From contig ADNK01003179.1 in NCBI GenBank assembly GCA_000320545.1, forward strand, positions 1-64,000: a stretch of 64,000 nt of DNA, read 5' to 3'. The notes beneath the pieces are model-generated. The model ran no database searches, was not told the DNA's origin, and was given only the letters and a program-made list of their open reading frames with translations. Both the position numbers and the translations under genes were made by a program. Shown piece by piece: positions 1 to 8,779 of the stretch. Positions within the stretch are counted from its first letter, which is position 1. Every line of letters starts with the position of its first letter. This DNA comes from Bigelowiella natans CCMP2755 (lineage: Eukaryota > Protista > Cercozoa).

Positions 1-1551
1 GTTTGCTGTTGGTGGGTATGATGGTGGGTGGGGTCTCAAATCTGGGGAGTATCTGGATTTGAAGAAAATGGATGCGGGGTGGAAGAAACTGCCTGATATG
101 AATACTGAGAGGAGTGGGTTGGGTGTGGCTGTTGGGGATGGCAAAACTGTTTGCTGTTGGTGGGGGGTATGATGGTAATTATCTCAAATCTGGGGAGTAT
201 CTGGATTTGAAGAATGTGGATGCGGGGTGGAAGAAACTTCCTGGATATGGATAACTAAGAGGGGTGGTTTGGGTGTGGCTGTTGGGGATGGCAAGCTGTT
301 TGCGGTTGGTGGACATGATGGTAATGATGAACTCAAATCTGGGGAGTATCTGGATTTGAAGAATGTGGGTGCGGGGTGGAAGAAACTGCCTGATATGGAT
401 GCTGAGAGGAATGGTTTGGGTGTGGCCGTTGGGGATGGCAAACTGTTTGCTGTTGGTGGACAGGATCGAGGGATGAAAATGATCTCAAATCTGGGGAGCA
501 TCTGGATTTGAAGAATGTGGATGCGGGGTGGAAGAAAATCCCTGATATGAATACTGAGAGGAGTTGTTTGGGTGTGGCCGTTGGGGATGGCAAGCTGTTT
601 GCTGTTGGTGGGTATGGTGATGGTTATCTCAAATCTGGGGAGTATCTGGATTTGAAGAAAATGGATGCGGGGTGGACGAAACTCCCTGATATGAATACTG
701 AGAGGAGGCATTTGGGTGTGGCCGTTGGGGATGGTTGGGGATGGCAAACTGTTTGCTGTTGGTGGGAGTGATGGTAGTAATCGTCTCAAATCTGGGATGT
801 ATCTGGATTTGAAGAATGTGGATGCGGGGTGGAAGAAACTCCCTGATTTGAATACTAAGAGGAATGGTTTGGGTGTGGCCGTTGGGAATGGCAAACTGTT
901 TGCTGTTGGTGGGGATGATGGTCCTAATTATCTCAAATCTGGGGAGTATCTGGACTTGAAGGATGTGGATGCGGGGTGGAAGAAACTCCCTGATTTGAAT
1001 ACTAAGAGGAATGGTTTGGGTGTGGCCGTTGGGGATGGCAAACTGTTTGCTGTTGGTGGTAATTATCTCAACTCTGGGGAGTATCTGGAATTGAAGGACA
1101 TGTTTGCGGGGTGGAAGAAACTACCTGATTTGATGAATATTAGGGGTTGTTTCGGTGTGGCCGTTGGGGATGGGCAAACTGTTTGCTGTTGGTGGGGGAG
1201 AATCGCGATCGTAATGACAGGTTTTTGTCCCTCTCAAAACTGGGGGAGTATCTGGGATTTGAATAAATATGGGATGCGGGGGTGGGACGAAAATCCCTGA
1301 GATGAATACTAAGAGGAGTGGTTTGGGTGTGGCCGTTGGGGATGGCAAACTGTTTGCTGTTGGTGGGTATGATGGTGGGTGGGGTCTCAAATCTGGGGAG
1401 TATCTGGATTTGAAGAATGTGGGTGCGGGGTGGAAGAAACTGCCTGATATGGATACTGTGAGGAGTGGGTTGGGTGTGGCTGTTGGGGATGGCAAACTGT
1501 TTGCTGTTGGTGGGAGTGATGGTAGTAATCGTCTCAAATCTGGGGAGTATC
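1..1551 (+). repeat. Coding tandem repeat, unit ~147 nt, about 11 copies
   Basis: Anchor CTCAAATCTGGG (slightly variant in two units) recurs at about 35, 183, 332, 484, 628, 785, 932, 1067, 1233, 1386 and 1533. Confidence 0.95.
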
Positions 1552-1568
1552 TTCGCATCGCTATGTAG
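1..1568 (+). CDS. Kelch-repeat (beta-propeller) protein, 5'-truncated by the window edge, intronless, with apparent frameshifts
   Basis: About 11 copies of GKLFAVGG-x-LKSGEYLDLKNVxAGWKKLPDMxTxRxGLGVAVGD spread over ORFs 227-511, 508-771, 716-1300 and 1269-1568. Kelch GG dipeptide plus conserved Y and W are present; stop TAG at 1566-1568. The frameshifts are extra bases, mostly in homopolymers. Confidence 0.9.
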
Positions 1569-1612
1569 ACTGCTTCCGCACACACATCGGGTCCAGTCTG
1601 GAGCAAATATGG

Positions 1613-1810
1613 TTATTTATAGCCATCTACAACTTCGCTCATTAGACAAATGTGGACTTCCATCAGTTTATCTCTCAGTTTGCGATAGAATTCAGGATTC
1701 AGTTCGGCTTTTAGTTCATCTATTACGAGGACGATTTCACTAAGTTTATAGTCAACATCATAGATTTTATCTGCTGTGCTACTTTTATTTACTTGATTAA
1801 TATTACTCAT
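1613..1810 (-). CDS. Small intronless hypothetical protein (~65 aa), virus-like
   Basis: ATG at 1810, MSNINQ...LSEIVLVIDELKAELNPEFYRKLRDKLMEVH...; AT-rich; convergent with the kelch gene 44 nt away. Confidence 0.5.
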   Translation of the reverse strand: MSNINQVNKSSTADKIYDVDYKLSEIVLVIDELKAELNPEFYRKLRDKLMEVHICLMSEVVDGYK

Positions 1811-1916
1811 ATTAATCTTATAGTGAGACAATTCTTTAAATAGAAATCATAGTTGGATGTTTTGTAAAACTGGAATCCTTTTGCTAATAGCTTATATTGT
1901 TAAGCATGTATGTTGT

Positions 1917-2066
1917 AGCAGTCGCATATCTATTAGTATATTGCTTTGTAATGGCAGTGTATTAGCACGATATATCGCTTCGTAATAGCAGTCGCATATA
2001 GCAGTCGCATATCGCTTCGTAATAGCAGTCGCATATTTATCAGCATATTGCTTCGGCACGGCATAT
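1917..2066 (+). repeat. Modular short-word repeat cluster (GCAGTCGCAT, ATCGCTTCG, GCACGGCA)
   Basis: GCAGTCGCATAT x4 and ATCGCTTCGTAATAGCAGTCGCATAT x2 are visible. Confidence 0.8.
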
Positions 2067-2077
2067 GTGACTGTTTT

Positions 2078-2695
2078 TCAAACGACATTCTTTTTTAGTT
2101 GTGTTATTTTTTCTGGATAATTGTATGATAGATAAATGGAATATTTGTTTTTGTATTTTCTTTTTAACAAATCATAACAGAAATCAAATAATTCTTTGTG
2201 TCTTTTAGAAATGTTTTTGACTTTTCTCATTTTTTTAATTTTCAAAAACAACTTGATTAATCCTTCAAAGCCTAATTTATTTTTGTAAATTTCAAAAAAA
2301 TCGTGGAAACTGATTGATTTTTTAGCTCTTAATTTGAGACTTAAACTGTGCGAATATTTTGTTTTGTTTAATTGTTGTAAAACTCGTTTTTTTTCATTTA
2401 GGTAATTGTAAAGACCATATGAAAAGAGTTTTTCGTTCGTTGAAAAGTTGGCAGATGCTTCCACATCAACATTTTTATATTCACTTAATTCACTATATTT
2501 GTTTTTGAGATATATGACATTACAAGTTTCTAAATTTATGAAACTTCTACAATATCGTTGACAAGAAATCATACATTTTTTATGCTTACCTATCGCACAA
2601 CTTTTCAGAGATTTCCATTCTTCAATAGCATTCTCAATGTCATTAGATTTAGAAAGAATTAATAATTTTTTCACCAATTCGTTAGATTTGTTCAT
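2078..2695 (-). CDS. Intronless Lys-rich hypothetical protein (~205 aa), virus-like
   Basis: Long AT-rich ORF with likely ATG at 2695 (MNKSNELVKKLLILSKSNDIENAIEEWK...C...C); composition unlike the host genes. Confidence 0.6.
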   Translation of the reverse strand: MNKSNELVKKLLILSKSNDIENAIEEWKSLKSCAIGKHKKCMISCQRYCRSFINLETCNVIYLKNKYSELSEYKNVDVEASANFSTNEKLFSYGLYNYLNEKKRVLQQLNKTKYSHSLSLKLRAKKSISFHDFFEIYKNKLGFEGLIKLFLKIKKMRKVKNISKRHKELFDFCYDLLKRKYKNKYSIYLSYNYPEKITQLKKNVV

Positions 2696-2769
2696 AACTA
2701 ACTTACATATAACACATTTCTTTAAACAAGTTTTTCGTATGAGCATCTCACAACACAATGCTATCAAAC

Positions 2770-2920
2770 CAGTCGCATATTAGTCAGCAGTCGCATAGCA
2801 CGGCACATAGCACCGCAAATCGCTTCGCACGGCACGGCACATAGCACGGCATATCGCTTCGCAACATACATACATACATAGCACGGCATATCGCTTCGCA
2901 CGGCATAGCACATCGCATAT
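2770..2920 (+). repeat. Second cluster of the same short-word repeats
   Basis: CAGTCGCATA x2, ATCGCTTCGCA x3 and GCACGGCA several times, in the same orientation as 1917-2066. Confidence 0.8.
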
Positions 2921-3428
2921 AATGACATCGTATGCTTCTTCATTTTTTTTCAGACCCCCACTTTAATTAGTGTTTTTTTCTAACCTCATTCATTTTATAA
3001 CTAATGAGGGCTTATGGGGCATTTTAAAAACCAAACTTTTTAATATATATATATATATATATTAAAATACTTACATACTTTATATATATAACCCCCGCCC
3101 CCGGAAAACACCCCCTGGGAAACATAAGTATAATAAGGTAATATGATACAGCATAATGATACAGTCGCATAATGCTGTCGCATCGCTTTGCGAGCAGGTG
3201 GGCTCTGCCCACATCGCAGATACCGCCATTGGCGGTTATAATAATTATTATTATTATTACTTATACATCACACACGCATGCGGACATAAAATGATGCCTT
3301 CACGTGCATGGGCGTATTGACCTGAATGTTGATATAAAAACCTGTGCATCGGCTTACAAAGCGAGTATATGTGCTCTAACACACCTGCAATACTTCCAAC
3401 TACGACCTCACTTTACAGCAATGCACAG

Positions 3429-5224
3429 TTAATGCAGGCTTTGTGCTTGCTTTTTGCGCCGATGTGAAACCATGGCAGCTATCATCCCGCTTTTCAAGAC
3501 CAAAAGTCCTTCTTCAGTCGCAGAGGAGACTCTTAAGGCGTTGGGCATCTTATTGACAGCTACGTGTGCCTCTAGATCTGCTGTTTCATTATTTAGCTGC
3601 CCTTCCTCCGTAAACACAAGGTCTGCTTTCGTAAATACGTCAATCCATTCCTTGTGAGGAAATTCATCCAACAGCTCACGTCGTATCCCTAGTTGCTGCG
3701 ACACGTTCGTCCCACATTGGCCTATATGAGCGAGGATAACCGATTAACAGAGAAATAACAAGAGAGAAATGAGAAGAAAGAGAGAGAGGAGACAAAAGAG
3801 ACAAAAATATGAAGAAGGAAGAATATATTAAAATAATGAATAACTCGGGAGAGGATAGGAGAGGAAGTTTACCAGTGAGATCCATGACGAACAAGACAGA
3901 TGTTGGTAAGAAAGAGAGAGTGGCCATCGTTAGATTTTCCATGTTGTTCCTCAGAGCAGGATCACGGAGGAGCAGGCCAGGAGTGTCGGTTAGCTGATGC
4001 CGACAGCCTTCAGCGAAAAAGTGCCCCATCTTGATGTCGCGAGTTGTAAATGGATATGCATTCACCTCAGGCTCTCCGGACGATAGGTGTCGAACGAGCG
4101 ACGATTTGCCCACATTTGGAGCCCCGACTAAGGCGATCGTGCCCTCTGTAAGATCAACCTGTGGGAGTTTACGCAGTTGAATTGCGTTATACTTGAGCTT
4201 GGTTATCGCTTCCATATCCCGGGAAAATACTCTTTCAATCTAGACAATTAAGTAAGGTCATGAGTAGTAGAAGAAGAAGGAGAAAAAGAAGAAACAGAAC
4301 ATGTTAAGAGATCTATCACACTTCATGATTGATCATCAGTCAATGGCTAAAGCGCTTGCAATTATCGTCTCCTGCTACTTTGTGGATTCAATGTTACATT
4401 ACTGTTGTGAAAGCCTCGTCCATAACGTCGATTACATCCTGCTTCTTTCGCACATTCTTGATACGATTAGCGTAAGATTTACAGATCTCATTGACTCGTT
4501 TGCGAAGAGAAGCTACTTCATCGAGTGCTCGATCGTATCGGGTGTCCCCCAGAGTAAGAACTACCATCGCTTGCTCAAAATCATGCACTCGAGACAAACG
4601 GGGAAATCCTTCCATGTATTTCTTCAGAGGCCCTATCAGCCCAAGATGTAAAGTTTGTATCTGCTTCGCTGCTCGACTCTTTTCACGCTCTGCTGCATTT
4701 TGTATACGAGGCGCTGGAGTTTGCTTGCGAGCTCTATTAATGGCCCCTCTGAGTATATCTTCTGGATCTGCTACCATTGGAATTTTGGACAGCATCCCAG
4801 TGGTGGCCTGTATACGACAAAAACTGAACACATTCCATTCGAACTATTAGATACCAAATTAGAAGCAGGTATATTTACAAGAACACGCTCTCATATGTGA
4901 ATTATTGTGAATAAAAAACTACCTGCGTCCATTTTTTTTTCGATGGAACCTGTCCGAGATGTGATAATGATGAACAATACTCCCTGGCAATTGTGGGATA
5001 TTTCTGCTCGGAAGTAACGTATGCAGCATTGGAGGAGCTAAAGATCTCATATTGTTCCTGACTCTTGTGCCTTTCACATTAATTAAATCAGGGCTTTCAT
5101 CGTGCAACTTGCTTTAGTTCTTCAACACACCTTTACTGGGATGAGAGGCTGGCTTGAAGATTAAAAAAATGATCGTCACAACGAAAATTGAACGTATCAA
5201 ATCCCTCTTCCAAGCCCGAATCAT
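3429..5224 (-). CDS. NOG1-family (Obg-like) GTPase, plastid-type, with bipartite presequence; 5 exons
   Basis: G1 GAPNVGKS, G2 YPFTT, G3 DTPG, G4 TKAD, plus DLTGQCG joined across an intron. The N-terminus MIRAWKRDLIRSIFVVTIIFLIFKP is a hydrophobic signal followed by a basic, acid-poor transit-like stretch. GT-AG introns restore the frame. Confidence 0.88.
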
Positions 5225-5742
5225 GGTTAAAATGGATCGCTAAACTGATCCCTCCTCCACCAACAGGTGGGGGGGTGAGGTTTGTGACTTTTGACCAGAG
5301 AGACCCCCTTCTGCGGCGATAAAGTACATGCCTCGATTTTCATCCATAAATAGCCTCCATTATTTAAGTGCGACTTCAAATTTACAAATTTCTATCTTAA
5401 TTTGGATATTTTATTTTGCATTTGTCGTAGTCCAGGTTGTGTAAATTAACATAACGACAAGAACTTTCCCCAAAAATTGGTTCAAAAGTTACAAGAGCGA
5501 CTGAATCTTCACGAAAGTTTTCACGCCAAATGGTCTTGAGATTGTTGTTCTTTTGTGAGAGATGAGACAATAAAAAAGGCTTGTCGCAAAGAAGATTTCC
5601 CATATGAAAAGTTATGTTTATTTATAGCTCTGCAACAACATGTACTCTGTTCTCCGACAGAACTATACAGGCCTGTAGTTCCTACCACCACTAAAGCTAG
5701 CTGCACACAAATCACACAAATCATTGGCAGAGCTATGATAGG

Positions 5743-6924
5743 ATGGCGGAACCAACCAAATCCTCCCCCAGAAATTCTGTGAGTTGCAGAGCCTCTTGCC
5801 GCTCAAGGAATCACTCCCCACATTCTCACATTGGACCACTGGAAAAGCGATGTTGCTATGGAATCTGAGCAAATTGTTTTTACAGAGGTGAAAGAAAATG
5901 ACCGGGAAGATTCCGAAATAAAATTTCCCCAAATGATTCTCGGCAAGGAAATGGATTTGGGTTACTCATACCCGTCAACGCTGCGAGTACGAGTTGACAC
6001 CATTGGACCACACATCGGTAAATTTACATTATTTTTGTTAAAATTAATTGTGGTGAACATGGAACTTACGAGCTACTCGTCGTTATTGATGGCAGGAAAG
6101 TCATAGGACACTTTGCAGAAATTGCATTTCGGTACGTGATGGTGCTTGTGGTATACTAGTAACAGGAAGTCGTTGAAGTAGTTATTATTGTAGTTCCCAC
6201 CACCAACGTATTGAATGATTGTTGTCGTCACACATTGTTGTCATCTGTACACAATCCTCGTGTCACGCACGTAGTCGCCACTTGATATCAATACATCAAA
6301 GGTAGATAGATAATATTGTAAATGCCGGTAGTAGAGGTATTAGCAAACTTCAAAAGATACTACTAATAATAATAAAAGGGCATTAGATTGATTGAATTAT
6401 AGCAAGATACTACATACGACAACACTCCTATCATCGTCATCATGATCATCATCGTCATCACCATCATCTTCAAATACCAGTTTGCCGCAAGGGTATCACT
6501 CGCCTTGCCTCCGAAGAGACGTAGGCGGCGACTCATAGAGAGATGATGAGGATGATGATGATGATGAAAAAGAAGAAGAAGGAGAAAGGTCTGAAGAATT
6601 AGGAGGGAATACTACACACGTGTTATTTTGCAGACACAGTAAAATTTTCCTTTACTAATTCTGATAACATCAGGGCAGAGCAACAGCAATTCATCATTCG
6701 GCGTGAACGTATACATATCTCCCAAACTTGATCCTGATGAAAGTCTCACTGATAAACTGGCCAATTATGTGCAAAAATATGTAAGTCATCTAAAATTTAA
6801 GATTTTGGATCACAGAAATCAGATAACGTTCGATGATCTTTTAGAAGAGGCTCCTCGTAGGTCGTTTGATATTAATGTTGGTCATATAATGGAAGCTCAA
6901 CTAACAACGACGTCGCCTTATTAG
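5743..6924 (+). CDS. Multi-exon hypothetical protein (structure incompletely resolved)
   Basis: Protein-like segments bounded by GT/AG: MAEPTKSSPRNS, VKENDREDSEIKFPQMILGK...GPHI, GHFAEIAF, acidic DDEDDDDDEKEEEGE and NVYISPKLDPDESL...TTSPY*. Confidence 0.4.
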
Positions 6925-7159
6925 CGCCAGCCGCAGTCGTAGTGGAAATAGTAGTCGCACAAACAGACGGGGTGGAAATAAAAATGGTGATAAGAATAGG
7001 AAGAAAGGGAAGGAAGAGCGAGAAAAAGACAATTGAAAAGATACAAAGTAATGACTCAGCTGGCAGGACCCGCAGTAGTAATAGAAAAATGGTAAGAAAG
7101 AGAAGATGAGTTTCACAGAATAATGAATAATTTTACAAATAAATGAGCCGATCAATTTT

Positions 7160-8522
7160 TATCTAGATGTGTATATCGTACGGCCATTGCAGTGGACGAA
7201 TGTGCACCTCCATAGCAGTCTACTTACGTTCACCGTTAGTCTTACACACACATGTGCGGAAGAAAAGGTATGACATCATCTCCTCATACGTGCTGACAGT
7301 CTATCTTGCCTCGACTTGTCAGCTTTGTGCGGATCGCGGAAACACGTGCATCATAGCATGCGCTAGTGCACTACGCTAGTACGGTGCTGTACCTGCTGCA
7401 TGTTCATTCAGTCTACGAAAACGACTAGTCGAGGTATAGATGCGATGAGTAATGGCTATACGCGTACGTTTAGGCTTATCGTACCGCAGTTGTGCGCATG
7501 CCATGGTTGCCGAAAGTACACGTCTAAACGTAACAATGATGATGCTCGTGCATGATCGAACCGATAACGCTCCGACTTACACATGCCGTTGTAGTTGTAT
7601 TGCGGTCGCAAACTGACCACAGCCGTCCGTACGACGCCATCACTAGATATAGAATGTGCATGCCCATCTAGCCATGCTGTGGCGCTCTAGGCTACGCTAG
7701 TACGAGGTGACACATCTAGAGATGCGTCATGCTTCAATGACGACCATCAAATGAAATGCGCAAAAAATGAAAGGACATCACTTATACGGAGCTTACAAAA
7801 CGTGACGACAACATACCAGCTAGCTAGCCAGTGTGGCGAGCGTGCTAGCGTGGTGCCGCACTAGCCGCACAAATCTAGAGGTACATGTGCGTCACAGTCT
7901 AGCAGTCATAAGCAGTGTGCATGTCTAGATGTGCATGCATGTGCGACCTCCATCTGCTAGCTAGCTATAGCTAGTGTGATCCATCTAGCGCTGGCGCTTA
8001 CTAGCTTAGCTAGCTTAGCAGCATCGCGCTAGCCTTCTAGCCTTCCTAAAATGCATGGCTAGTTAAATCGGCTATTAGACCTGTCTAGCTGTTGTGAGCT
8101 AGTGAGAGACGGTCAACACAGCTAACAAGATAGAGCATCTCCATGTAGACCGACATATGCTAGTGTTAGTAGCTACGTGCAGCATCTACAGCTTGCTAGC
8201 TTGTTGCGAATGTCATCAATGCCAACTCTAATGACCATCGTCTCACACGCAGACAGCTTGTTGCGAATATCATCAATAATGCCAAGCTAGCAAGTCTAAT
8301 CTAGACACTAACTATAGTACAGTACTAGCTAGTAATGACCCCGCCGGCTAGCCGGGAACAGCTAGCTGCTAGCCAGCAGTTCGTCGATGTCATCAAATGA
8401 ATAATCAAAGACGGTAAGGCGACGGTGACTTGTCTAAATGATCTAGTGATCTTGATAGCGCTAGATGGAGCGAAATGAGGCATGACTGTGTCTGCTCTAA
8501 TGCTTACAGGCACACGTCTTCA

Positions 8523-8558
<36 letters not shown>

Positions 8559-8570
8559 TGCAGATAGCAG
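7160..8570. other. Tail-to-tail intergenic tract rich in CTAG/CATG/TGCA
   Basis: About 37 CTAG counted by eye in 7360-8465 (about 4 expected at uniform base frequencies); few CC/GG runs; a (CA)n microsatellite near the end. Confidence 0.85.
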
Positions 8571-8779
8571 ACGGCGGGATGACGCGCACGAGCTGGCATA
8601 CATCGCAGATAATCAGTTATTTACGGGACATGATCCAAAATAAATTGATTCAACAACATATATGGAATCATTACGTTGAGGTGCTCTTTTCGGGTTCTGC
8701 TTCAAATCAAGCTATTTTGAATTTTACATTTATCCCGTCAACCGCACGTTTCTCGTTATATCTGGATTGCTTCTCCTAG

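Larger units (their letters stand above)
1..3125. mobile_element. Candidate endogenous viral element (giant-virus-like segment); boundaries uncertain
   Basis: Three closely packed intronless ORFs in an intron-dense genome. Two are very AT- and Lys-rich, and the spacers share repeat words. No hallmark viral gene (capsid, polB, packaging ATPase) is visible. Confidence 0.35.

Noticed and set aside
140-1300. Programmed frameshifting or pseudogenisation of the kelch gene
   Set aside because: The disruptions are mostly extra bases in homopolymers and cluster in a few units, typical of unpolished long-read error. This cannot be settled without reads.
1-1551. Kelch array as a CRISPR-like repeat-spacer locus or DGR target
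   Set aside because: The units are coding kelch blades, variation includes indels and is not adenine-restricted, and no reverse transcriptase is visible.
184-1606. Minus-strand ORFs over the kelch array
   Set aside because: They are antisense shadows of the repetitive kelch frame.
5114-5116. In-frame TAA in the NOG1 leader suggesting stop readthrough or a variant genetic code
   Set aside because: It lies inside an ordinary 60-nt GT-AG intron whose removal preserves frame, and TAA terminates other genes here.
5780-5782. In-frame TGA between ORFs 5555-5782 and 5831-6106
   Set aside because: It overlaps a canonical GTGAGT donor, so an intron explains it.
7160-8570. Classical RIP or CpG-methylation decay as the cause of the intergenic signature
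   Set aside because: CpG and CpA/TpG remain abundant and the tract is not AT-rich, contrary to both processes.
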